Below are positions 32,068 to 41,523 of a DNA stretch of 64,000 nucleotides, piece after piece. How positions within the stretch are numbered: the stretch's first letter is position 1; every line of letters begins with the position of its first letter. Source of the stretch: a virus; IMG/VR virus record IMGVR_UViG_3300022539_000516; one strand, given 5' to 3'. The translations under genes were made by a program, and so were the position numbers. Below the pieces are notes generated by a model. The model was not told where the DNA came from and searched no databases. It worked only from the letters and a program-made list of their open reading frames with translations.

Positions 32068-33196
32068 TTTGACATCTAAAGATAGGAAAATTCTTGAAGA
32101 AACGGTAAATAAACTAAAAAAAGTAATAGAGTTTATGAATAATAAAAACGAAACTCTTGCTTTATCTTATGCTGGACTGAGAATGATTTTCAAAAATGCC
32201 CAAGCAAAAGTAGAAGAAGCTGAAGATTATCTAAGAACAGAACTTGAAAAACCAAAATCTTGGAGGAGGTAGAAATGTCCGAAGTTAGCATGATGCAGAT
32301 TCAGCAAGCCTTTGACGAATTAGTCAAAGCAAATGCAAAATATGCTGAGTTTGAAGCTGATATAATAAAACAGAGTGATAGATATAAATGGGTAAGACAT
32401 GCTCCGCATGCAATAACGACGGAACAAGCACTACAAGAATGTTTAAAAGAAAATGAACTTTACGAAGATGAAGGATGGCATAGAGACAGAGAAAAAGAAT
32501 TCCAGGAATTAAACAAAGTATTGTCTGAAGCTAAAAAGAAACTGATGGATACTATACCATTTCAAAATTGTTATTTTAAAGTCTCCGCAAATGGTCAGGA
32601 TTATGCTGTAGGAAGATATGTTACTCTTCACGGAATAAATTCCAAAAATGAACTATTTATTGAATTGTGGAGAAAAGATTTGCCAAGATTGAGAGACCTG
32701 CGGTTTTGAAAGGAAGACAAAAATGCGTAAAACAGAAAAAAGAGAAGTAGAAGTTAACTACTGTGATTTTTGTGGTAAAGAAGCACCTCAACTCTACCAA
32801 TGTGTTATTTGTGGAAAAGAAGGATGTTTAGAAAACCACTGGAGATTCAGTTTTGAAATGCGAAAAGAAATACGAATAAAAGGAACACCCTTCGAAAAAA
32901 ATAGTGGCTTAGTTTGCATAGAATGTGCAAACAAACCAATTATGCTAGATAGACTAATAGATACACAATTTGGAAGTAAATGGTCTGATATAAAATAGAA
33001 TAAAAAGGAAAGACAAAATGCAAAAAACTAAATGTCTAATATGTAGAAAAGAATTTGAATGGAATGATAGTATGTATCGTTTTTGTGATGATTGTCTGGA
33101 TGTAATAGATACTCTAGGTGTTGATTGGAATGAAGCAGAAAAGAAATTGATGTTATGGAGACATAATAAAGAATTGAAAAAAGAAAAAGATAATCC

Positions 33197-33225
33197 TTGA
33201 CAAGTAAACTCTGAAATGATATACT
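33197..33225 (+). promoter_or_regulatory. sigma70 promoter
   Basis: TTGACA-17 bp-TATACT with extended TG. Confidence 0.8.
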
Positions 33226-33405
33226 CGGGCTTGTCCTATATAATAATAGAAGCAACTCGGTAGCCCTTAGACTCGATTCTCATAAGTTCTTTTATATCAT
33301 AGACTTAGCAAACTCACTACAGGCTCGTGGTGCGCTTTTCTCGCCCTAAGTCAAGCTATACCCTTGACTTAGAACGAATATCGCCTGCAATGCGCTGGAA
33401 AGGGG

Positions 33406-33434
33406 TTGACATAATTGGAGTCGCTGAATATGGT
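33406..33434 (+). promoter_or_regulatory. sigma70 promoter
   Basis: TTGACA-17 bp-TATGGT. Confidence 0.6.
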
Positions 33435-33543
33435 TGAAATAGGCCGTAACAGGCCACATAACTGTAGAAATCAGCAAAAGGCGATTGTTAGCCTAAGTCG
33501 TTATACCACAACGACTTGTGGGGTGAGGCCAAAACAAGGCCAC

Positions 33544-33568
33544 TCTCTATAATATAGTATTATAGAGA
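33544..33568. repeat. perfect 11-bp inverted repeat
   Basis: TCTCTATAATA-TAG-TATTATAGAGA. Confidence 0.85.
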
Positions 33569-33627
33569 CTATAGCTAAGTCCTTATACCACAACAACTTA
33601 CGGCGACAAAAATAATGATAAAAAGAC

Positions 33628-33656
33628 TTGACATTGTATCCTGTCCGTGTTATAGT
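33628..33656 (+). promoter_or_regulatory. sigma70 promoter
   Basis: TTGACA-17 bp-TATAGT with extended TG. Confidence 0.85.
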
Positions 33657-33665
33657 GTTACTGAG

Positions 33666-33700
33666 GATTAAAGTAGTAATCTGTAGTCGTTCTTTGAAAA
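33666..33700 (+). promoter_or_regulatory. candidate rrn-type boxB hairpin plus boxA antitermination signal
   Basis: GATTA-AAGTAG-TAATC hairpin 33666-33681 then GTTCTTTGAAAA 33689-33700. Confidence 0.5.
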
Positions 33701-33733
33701 GTTAGGGCAAGGGCAAGAGAGGAGAAGACTATC

Positions 33734-34066
33734 ATGTTGAAAACCCTTACAGAAGAGCAAGCTCTTGCAGGAAGCGGCTCGCAACTTCCAGCGGCAGAAC
33801 TTAGCAAAGTTTTGCAAGCTTGGGACAAAAACACCATCATCACGCCAGCGACAGTTATGGACTTTTTGGTGCACGATGTCAGAAAGTCCCACGACAATGC
33901 GAAAGCGATGGAACAAGAAGAGAGAGATGCACTTCGCAAGGTGGTGGTAAACACCTTGACCGGACTTGTCAAGTCCGGAATCTGCACAAAAAACATCGGC
34001 GGCGAAAACCGCCGGGGGAAGTACAAGAGAGTCAAGATGACGAACTCCGCAAGGAGTAGAAGGTAA
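33734..34066 (+). CDS. hypothetical basic protein, possibly winged-helix DNA-binding
   Basis: strong RBS GAGAGGAG, own promoter, GC-richer codons than neighbours, basic C-terminus. Confidence 0.7.
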   Translation: MLKTLTEEQALAGSGSQLPAAELSKVLQAWDKNTIITPATVMDFLVHDVRKSHDNAKAMEQEERDALRKVVVNTLTGLVKSGICTKNIGGENRRGKYKRVKMTNSARSRR

Positions 34067-34137
34067 AGTAACAAACCATCTGTGATTCTCGATGTTAACT
34101 GTCAAACCTAGATAGGCCGCTTGCCCTAACTGGCACA

Positions 34138-34164
34138 TACCCCTTGCAATGTCTGCAAGGGGTA
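34138..34164 (+). terminator. 11-bp hairpin downstream of the 33734 ORF
   Basis: TACCCCTTGCA-ATGTC-TGCAAGGGGTA; U-tract weak, so terminator role is uncertain. Confidence 0.45.
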
Positions 34165-34185
34165 ATTGCTTGCATAAAAAGTATA

Positions 34186-34235
34186 ACAGACAAGGGAGTA
34201 AAAAAGAAATCTTCTCCTCTCGCTTCCTTGTCTGT
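34186..34235. other. 13-bp hairpin
   Basis: ACAGACAAGGGAG / CTTCCTTGTCTGT (one G-U pair). Confidence 0.6.
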
Positions 34236-34271
34236 ATCTCCCCTGGATAAAATGAAATCAAAAAACAAAAT

Positions 34272-34343
34272 AGGATACAGAAATAATCTTGACATATCTT
34301 CTATCGGCGAATAGAAAAATACGATGGAAAATTTCTGTATCCT
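34272..34343 (+). promoter_or_regulatory. sigma70 promoter bracketed by a perfect 13-bp inverted repeat
   Basis: AGGATACAGAAAT 34272-34284, TTGACA 34289-17 bp-TAGAAA, ATTTCTGTATCCT 34331-34343. Confidence 0.6.
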
Positions 34344-34720
34344 TTTTTATTTTGTAAAAGAAAGGAAGATAAAATGTCTTTAAGTAGAATAGTCGAAACT
34401 GAAAAAATATCTGTATTTACTTTCGGAGAAACTTTTGTAGTAACTCCAAACAAAAATATTCAAAAATTAATATCTAGCTGGCATTATTTTATAACTGATA
34501 TACAAGAAAGAATGGAAAAAGATTTTGGTTTAGAAATAATAGACAAAGAATTATGCGAAGAATTAATTATGAATTGTATATTTGACAAACATTGTGAAAA
34601 AGAAACTCTGGGTTCTATAGTAGAATATATTAAAAAATCTGAAAAAATAGCAGGATATTCTGTAATAAAAGTAGTGAAATAAAATTTGTATCCTTTTTAT
34701 TGTACAAAGGAGAATAAGAA

Positions 34721-35050
34721 ATGATTTGGAATCTTTTATATCTTGAAATACGGAATTTCTTTAGAAGAATTAAATGGAAGATTAAACAAACAATATGTAG
34801 AAAAAACTTTGCTTTCATCATAGATAGAGAAAAAATTCAGCAAAAAGCAAAAAACATATCTGGGAGAGAATTCTCCAAAAAAGAATTAGAACAAGTTTTT
34901 GAAAATATGCAAACTGTATTTAATGATTGGCAAAAAGACGAAATGCTTACAGCAATAACAAAATTTCTTTTAGAAACTTACGGAAATATGTATGGTATAC
35001 CTGATTGGCAATTCCAAATTTTAAGTCGGAGTAAACGAAATGTTGTATAA
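34721..35050 (+). CDS. hypothetical protein, paralog of the next ORF
   Basis: FAFIIDREKIQQKAK..ELEQV..DWQKDE. Confidence 0.7.
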   Translation: MIWNLLYLEIRNFFRRIKWKIKQTICRKNFAFIIDREKIQQKAKNISGREFSKKELEQVFENMQTVFNDWQKDEMLTAITKFLLETYGNMYGIPDWQFQILSRSKRNVV

Positions 35051-35067
35051 AATATAAGGAGAATAAA

Positions 35068-35301
35068 ATGAATAAAGTCCTACAGAGAATATTGAACAGA
35101 GATTTTGCTTTTATTATAGCCCGAAAAGAAATTCAAGAAAAAGCAAAAAATATGATTGGAAAAAAACTATCCAGAAAAGAATTAAAACAAGTTATTGGAA
35201 ATCTACAAACTTTATTTGATGATTGGAAAAGAGACGAAATAAAAAACACGATAGGCGGAACATTAGCAGTCGATGGAGATACATACGGCATACATCTTTA
35301 G
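35068..35301 (+). CDS. hypothetical protein, paralog of the previous ORF
   Basis: FAFIIARKEIQEKAK..ELKQV..DWKRDE. Confidence 0.7.
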   Translation: MNKVLQRILNRDFAFIIARKEIQEKAKNMIGKKLSRKELKQVIGNLQTLFDDWKRDEIKNTIGGTLAVDGDTYGIHL

Positions 35302-35564
35302 TAAAAAGGAGAGAAAATAAAATGAACAAAGCTCTGTTAACTATAACTCCGGAAGAAAAAGCTCGACAAAAACAACCATGCAAAAATTGCAAACACTTTG
35401 GGAAAAAACCAAAAGGATGGGAAGATATACCAATGATGATAAATGGAGTAGCAGTAAACTCTTTAATATGCGCCAAAGGCCAAATTGTAGCATTTCCTGA
35501 ACTAACTAAACCGTCGGGGTGTAAACATTTTAAATTAAGAAAGTAACAAAACAAAGAAAAAAAG

Positions 35565-35975
35565 ATGAAAGATACAACAGTTTATAAAGTAGTAGAAGAC
35601 AAAAAAACTATTATAGATGAACAATTGTTATATAATCCTAACCTAAAAAGAAGTAAACGAAGATTTTGTAGTTGTGTAGTATATAATATGGAATTTGTTG
35701 CCGTAAGTTATGAAATAGGAAAAACGACAAAACCTAAGTTTGGTAAATTACTTGCTTTTTCTACTTTAGCTAAAGCAAAAGCCTTTTGTGGACTTGGTCA
35801 AATAATATTAGAATGTAAAGCTAAAAATGTAAAAAAACAAGAATGGGTTAGTTTGGTTTTTACCAATTCGATAATACTTAAAATGTTCTGGGGAAATCAG
35901 CCTGTTATACGCAAAGTAGCTCCATCGGGAACAGTAACTTGTGATTCAATAATCCCAATAAAGATAGTATCGTAA
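35565..35975 (+). CDS. YKVV paralog family member 6
   Basis: VYKVV, YEIGKTTKPKFGKLLAF, ILECKA, PSGT. Confidence 0.85.
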   Translation: MKDTTVYKVVEDKKTIIDEQLLYNPNLKRSKRRFCSCVVYNMEFVAVSYEIGKTTKPKFGKLLAFSTLAKAKAFCGLGQIILECKAKNVKKQEWVSLVFTNSIILKMFWGNQPVIRKVAPSGTVTCDSIIPIKIVS

Positions 35976-35986
35976 AAGAGAAAAAA

Positions 35987-36394
35987 ATGGAAGACGCAAC
36001 AGTTTATAAAGTAGTAGAAGAAAAAACTTATCTTGAAAAATATTTCAGAACAATAAGTTCTTCTTTAAGAACAAGTAAACGTAGATTCTGTAGTTGTGTA
36101 GTATATCATTTAGATTGTGCGGTAAGTTATGAAATAGATAAAACTACCAAACCAAAGTTTGGAAAGTTGTTTGCATTTAACTCACTCCAGCCAGCAAAAC
36201 AGTTTGCGGGGAGTTTCAGAATTATTTTAGAATGTAAAGCTGAAAAAGTAGAAGAACAAAAATTTATTTGTCCAGTTCTTCATTCTTTAGAAAGATTTAA
36301 AGAATTCTGGGAAAATAAGTCTGTTGCACATAAAATGGCCCCACAAGGAACAGTAGTTTGCGATTCAATAACTCCAATAAAAATAGTAAAATGA
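35987..36394 (+). CDS. YKVV paralog family member 7
   Basis: VYKVV, PKFGKLFAF, ILECKA, PQGT, SITP. Confidence 0.85.
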   Translation: MEDATVYKVVEEKTYLEKYFRTISSSLRTSKRRFCSCVVYHLDCAVSYEIDKTTKPKFGKLFAFNSLQPAKQFAGSFRIILECKAEKVEEQKFICPVLHSLERFKEFWENKSVAHKMAPQGTVVCDSITPIKIVK

Positions 36395-39078
36395 AAAACT
36401 TTATTTTTTCCTATTCCTATATATTTTTTCTCCTTAATATGTGTTTACTAATTATTAATAGTATTTATTTCTTAGTAACACAAAAGAAGGTCAGTAAAAA
36501 ATGGAAGTAGAAATTTATTGGAATACTCAGCTAGAACCTGTAAAAGAAACTATAAAAAATGTAGTTAAAGTTATAGAAGCTCAATATAGTGGAACATATA
36601 TAAGATTAATTGTAAAAGAAAACAATGAAAGAAAAGAAATTGTAATATCTGCTTTTTCTTTTAGAAAGTTAGTATATAAATGGGATAATTGAAAAAGGAG
36701 AAAAGATGAAACAGGATAGAAAATTGTCAGTCGAAGAAATTGTAGAAAGATGGGATTTTTATTTTGGAAAATTTCTGGAAGATATAGAAGATTGCGCAGA
36801 AGCAAAAATAGCAGATAAAAATAGACTTGAAAAAAAGTTATTAGAAAATGTTTTAGGTACAGTAGGCATAGAATGTATAGAGTTGCAATTATATTCATTT
36901 ACAGAAGAATTTAAAAATAAACTCGAAGAAGCTGGATTAAAATCAATTACAGAATCTTAGGAGGAATTTATGGTAGAAGCATTGTATTCGTATTCAACAA
37001 ATGAAACTGGTAGTCAATCTGCACTCGGACATATTGGGTATTTCCCTACACTTAGCGAAGCAATGCATAGCCTTAGAGGATTGTGTTGTTGGGATTTTAG
37101 TAATATGTGGGGATATGAAGACTTTAAAGATATACATGGTTTTCAATTTAAAGAAATACCAGCAACATTAGATAAGAATTATGATATGTCAAAAAGAGAT
37201 AATTTTATAGAAAAAGCAAAAAAACATGCAAAAGAATACAAAGGTTCATGGCATAGACGTTCTCCAGATGATTAGGAAAAGAAAGAATAAAAATGACCAA
37301 AGTAGATAAAAACTTAGTAATAGAAATACCGAAGAAATACAAAAAACAACTAATTAGTAGATTCAGTCCTTCTAATCTACATGATGGAGTAACAAAAGTT
37401 GAATGTCCTTTATGCAAAGATTTTAGAGTTAGTTGTAATAAATGTCCTTTTGGCAAATATCTTATTTGGTATATGCGTAAATTTAAATACTATGATGTAT
37501 TTAGTGCCTTAGGATGTATGAATTGGATGTATACAATAAATCCCGCAATAAAAAATATTTTTAATTTCGCTGACGACTATGTTAGAGTTATAAAAAAGTA
37601 TGAAGATAAAACATCTTTTGCCAAAAAAGTTCTGAAAGAATTTAAGGAAAAGGCACTGAAACATATAGTCTGGAGTTAAATTGAAACTAAAAGATAAACT
37701 TTTTTGGCTTGCAGTAATGGTTTTTTGTTACTGTTTTGGTATCTGGACATATTCAACAATGGTAGTATTTCTTTTGGGATTTAACAAGTGCAGTATTTCC
37801 TCGAATCTTGTTGGTTCTACATTTTTAGGAAGTGTAGTTGTTATGTCTATATGCCTTGTCTATATAGTCGGAAAAGCTTGGAAATAAAATGAAACTCAAA
37901 AAAGACGAAACAGTTTGTGGACTTTGTAGAGAAATAGTGAAAACATCTGAAACAAAAGAATACATAGACAGTTACACATGGGGTAGTTTTAGTGGAACAG
38001 AAAACTATGAAAGATGTTGTTCTAAATGTGCAAAAACAAAGCTGAAGAAAAATGGAGATGTTATCGGGAGAGTTTATGCATAAAATGAATAACATAATTG
38101 AAGAAGAAAACATAAAAATAGATAGAAAATGCCCTAAATGTGGAGCATCTCTGATTGCTATATATGGTGGATATATGATAGTCTGCACAAAATGTAATTT
38201 CGAGGAAGAAAGTATCGACAATTGGTTTTTCTAGAAAGGAGAAAAATCATGGCTACAAAACTTGATGAAAATTGTATTGTTGTATCCGGCAAATTGTGGA
38301 ATACCTGTTTTAGAAACAAAATAATTGCCGGAGCAAGATTCAAAGAAGTATCAGAAGAATTCGGGGCAGAGAAAGAACCAGAGAATAAAGATATATCCTG
38401 GTGTGGATATATAAAATGGCGAGATTCAATATGGACTGTGATTGGATGGAAAAAAAGAAATGGAAGAAGTGCATTCGTAGAAATAATCCGCACAAGTCTA
38501 ATCACGGTGCTTGATAAAAAAGAAGTGGAACTCAGAGAATTAACTCCAGTAGTAGAAGAAAAACTACCAATGAAGTACAAAGATACTTTTTCAAAAATCG
38601 GAGTACTTTCGGAAAGTCAGAGATTATAGAAAAATGAATACACCTGAACCATGTTGTTATTGTAAATATTGTAAATTCGATCCTTTATTCGAAGATGACC
38701 CGAATGAATCAGCTTATTGTATAAAACATCCTGAGTTATGGGGAAAAGGTTGTAAAGATTTTAAATGTTGGCAACAAAATGAAAAACGAGTAGAAAGTCA
38801 AAGACTATAAGGAGAAAAATGCAATTAATCAAAACCATAAACGAAAATATATATTTCTTATACTTTGCATTAATAGTAGCAACAATATGTATTATATGGA
38901 TAATAACGGTAAGTTTTATTCTTTTAAAAATAGAGAAAAAAATATCTAAATTAAGTATTGTCAAAATGAGCTTTTGTTTTGTACTATTATCTCTTTTGAC
39001 ATCTTCTTGGTTTAATACGCTAAATTTACTTATAACCAAAATATGTAAATGGTAATACGATAGTCGAAAAGAGAAAAA

Positions 39079-39501
39079 ATGAACGACATTTATTATACAA
39101 AAAGTTGCATAGGAATCAAAATCCCATATAGTAAACTATTCAAAATAAAAACAAGAGGATGTTCTCACTCTTTACCTACTCAGAAAAAAGCAAAATTTTG
39201 TATGTTTTGTGGAAAACGGTTATGGATAAACAATAAAGAATTAAATGAAAAGGATAATAAATTATATGGATTTGACTTTTTTACTAATTCAGCTTTTTTT
39301 GAAAAAGGAAATCCAAAATATGCTTTTATTGGAGTAATAATAAAAACTTTTTATGGAAATCCACCCACGGTACAAAAACTTCCAGATTTGTATATAAAAA
39401 ATATGAAATCAATAAAATCTGATTTAAAAAGAGCATTAACTCCCCTAAAATTATGGAAAGAAAAAGACTTCGGTGTATGGATTGTCATGTTAACAGAATA
39501 A
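39079..39501 (+). CDS. hypothetical zinc-binding protein, gene A copy 1
   Basis: CIGIKIPYSKLF, CSH, FCMFCG, LTPLKLWKEKDFG. Confidence 0.7.
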   Translation: MNDIYYTKSCIGIKIPYSKLFKIKTRGCSHSLPTQKKAKFCMFCGKRLWINNKELNEKDNKLYGFDFFTNSAFFEKGNPKYAFIGVIIKTFYGNPPTVQKLPDLYIKNMKSIKSDLKRALTPLKLWKEKDFGVWIVMLTE

Positions 39502-39512
39502 AAAGGAGAAAA

Positions 39513-39794
39513 ATGGACTCAACAGAATCTTACACACCTTCTTTGCAAGGGAAAATTAAGGTAACTGCTTGTAATTCTTTCAACTGTTCCCACAAAGAAG
39601 AATGTATTGGTAAATGGTTTAGAATAGATACAACAAAACTACCAATACAATATGGCAAAGACTACGAAAGACATTTTATAACACCTTGGAGAACATGTTG
39701 TATATGGAACTCAGGAGATGGAAAATGGTCTTACGAACTCGAAAAAGATACGTTACAATGTAAATGCCCAAAGGCTGCAAAACAAAAGAAATAA
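39513..39794 (+). CDS. Cys-rich hypothetical protein, gene B copy 1
   Basis: KIKVTAC..NCSHKEECIGKW, CCIWNS; ATG 39513 after AAAAGGAG. Confidence 0.7.
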   Translation: MDSTESYTPSLQGKIKVTACNSFNCSHKEECIGKWFRIDTTKLPIQYGKDYERHFITPWRTCCIWNSGDGKWSYELEKDTLQCKCPKAAKQKK

Positions 39795-39805
39795 GGAGGA
39801 GAAAA

Positions 39806-40228
39806 ATGAGTACCAGTTATTATGCAATAACCTGTATAGGAGCTAAAATTCCCTACGACAAATTATTCACAAAAACAAAAATAAGAGTATGTAATCACCC
39901 TTTACCAAAACAGAAAGAAGCAGAATTTTGCATGGAATGTGGAAATCCATTATGGAGAACCAAAGAGAAACCAATAAAAGAATACAACGAACCAAATGAT
40001 AAATTATGTGGACTTAATCTTTGTATTGTGGATAATCGCCTTGAAGATACAGAATATGTTTTTGTTGGAAAAATAGCAAAAGCTTCTCAGGAAGAACAAT
40101 TTATAATGACGAAATCTTTAGATTCAGATACAAAATGTCTAAAGTCTGTTCTTAAAAATGCATTAACACCTTTAAAGCTGTGGGAAGAAAAAGACTTTGG
40201 TATGTGGACTGTTTTGTATGCAATGTAA
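39806..40228 (+). CDS. hypothetical zinc-binding protein, gene A copy 2
   Basis: CIGAKIPYDKLF, CNH, FCMECG, LTPLKLWEEKDFG; ATG 39806. Confidence 0.7.
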   Translation: MSTSYYAITCIGAKIPYDKLFTKTKIRVCNHPLPKQKEAEFCMECGNPLWRTKEKPIKEYNEPNDKLCGLNLCIVDNRLEDTEYVFVGKIAKASQEEQFIMTKSLDSDTKCLKSVLKNALTPLKLWEEKDFGMWTVLYAM

Positions 40229-40242
40229 AATAATAAAGGAAA

Positions 40243-40584
40243 ATGATGATTAAGACAAAATCTTCTATCTCTCAAGAAAAAATTAAAGTAACTGCCTGTG
40301 CTAATATAAATTGTCTCCACAAAAAAGAATGTATTGGTAAATGGCATAAAATAGACCAAACAATTGAAACATATATACTCAAAAACGGTCATAAAATATA
40401 CCAAATACATTTTGTGGCTCTATGGAAAAGATTAAAAAGTTGTTGTATATGGAACTCAAAAGATAAAAAGTGGTCTTATGAACTTGAAGAAAATAAATCT
40501 TATTGGAGCCGAATGAAAAAACTAACTGGAGTATTTCTGGTATCACATGCAAAAAGACCCATGTACGGTAGCCTTTTTGTTTGA
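40243..40584 (+). CDS. Cys-rich hypothetical protein, gene B copy 2
   Basis: KIKVTAC..NCLHKKECIGKW, CCIWNS. Confidence 0.7.
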   Translation: MMIKTKSSISQEKIKVTACANINCLHKKECIGKWHKIDQTIETYILKNGHKIYQIHFVALWKRLKSCCIWNSKDKKWSYELEENKSYWSRMKKLTGVFLVSHAKRPMYGSLFV

Positions 40585-40650
40585 AGTAGATTGCCAGTTT
40601 GTATCTTCAACATTCGGCTCTTTATTTAAAATAGAAAGGTGGTGAGAAAA

Positions 40651-41025
40651 GTGAAAAAACTATTACTTATCTCCTTACTCGTATTTGCTGTTTGCTTAGT
40701 AGGATGCGGAAAGAAATCGGAACCGACTGCACCTACCCCGACAAAACATGCAAATGTAACATTCGTCGGAGACCCTGAGCTTGAATTGTTATCTCCAGGA
40801 TGGAAGGCTACAGGAAAAGTAATAAATCAGGGAGATGGTTCAGCTTTGTATACTACAGTAACAATTAAAATCCTTGACGAAAATGGCAACGAAAAAGAGC
40901 AACAGAATTCCAAAACTTCCCCACAGAACATCGCACCCAATGCCACGGCAGAATATACAGTAACAGGAAATATACAAATAGAACCTGAATGGCTGTATGG
41001 ATGGTCTGTAAAGTGGGATGAATAA
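40651..41025 (+). CDS. lipoprotein with FxLYD-like Ig-fold domain
   Basis: KKLLLISLLVFAVCLVGC lipobox; ATGKVINQG..IKILDENG..IAPNATAEY. Confidence 0.75.
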   Translation: MKKLLLISLLVFAVCLVGCGKKSEPTAPTPTKHANVTFVGDPELELLSPGWKATGKVINQGDGSALYTTVTIKILDENGNEKEQQNSKTSPQNIAPNATAEYTVTGNIQIEPEWLYGWSVKWDE

Positions 41026-41038
41026 AATTAATAAAAAT

Positions 41039-41148
41039 GGAGTCGGATGAAAAATTGTTTTCACGGGGAAACATTTTTGAATTCATGAAGTTTGCTCCTT
41101 TGGTGTTCAATTTGTAACCCGTAGAGATAATTTTCTTCGTCCGGCTCC
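41039..41148 (+). ncRNA. intergenic stem-closed element
   Basis: GGAGTCGGATGAA 41039-41051 pairs with TTCGTCCGGCTCC 41136-41148 (13 bp, two G-U). Confidence 0.45.
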
Positions 41149-41157
41149 TTCCCAACT

Positions 41158-41523
41158 ATGAAGAAAAAAAAGATATATATAATATGTCCGGTAAGAAAAA
41201 TAATGTCCGAAGAAAAGAGAACTATAGACAACTATGTATTTAATCTTGAAAAAGACGGATATGAAGTATTTTTACCATACAGAGATGCTCCGCAAGAAAA
41301 TCAAATATGTTGTAAAATTGTCGTTCCAGAAGTTAAAGCAATTTCTGAATCTGATGAAGTCCATATATTTTGGAATGAAACAAGTAAGGGAAGTCACTTC
41401 GATTTAGGAATAGCATTTTATTTGAAAAAACCTTTGGTGCTAATAAATAACCCAGAAGATGTTGAAGGAAAATCGTACTTAAAAGTTATTAAAGAAACTA
41501 TAGAAAAACAGAAGGAGCAATAG
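41158..41523 (+). CDS. nucleoside 2-deoxyribosyltransferase-like protein
   Basis: IYIICP, GYEVFLPYRD, SDEVHIFW..SKGSHFDLGIAFYLKKP. Confidence 0.7.
   Translation: MKKKKIYIICPVRKIMSEEKRTIDNYVFNLEKDGYEVFLPYRDAPQENQICCKIVVPEVKAISESDEVHIFWNETSKGSHFDLGIAFYLKKPLVLINNPEDVEGKSYLKVIKETIEKQKEQ

Larger units (their letters stand above)
33282..33601. repeat. four copies of a 27-bp palindromic motif CTAAGTC-N13-GACTTAG
   Basis: copies at 33282-33308, 33346-33372, 33493-33519, 33575-33601. Confidence 0.8.

Noticed and set aside
33282-33601. 27-bp repeats as a CRISPR array
   Set aside because: Spacing is irregular (64, 147, 82 bp), the copies are too divergent, and there are no cas genes.
33765-34059. Alternative-frame ORFs 33765..33950 and 33820..34059
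   Set aside because: They are nested in 33734..34066, which has the RBS and promoter; their openness reflects the higher local GC.
20830-36394. Diversity-generating retroelement acting on the YKVV paralogs
   Set aside because: No reverse transcriptase in the window, and differences between copies are not confined to adenines.
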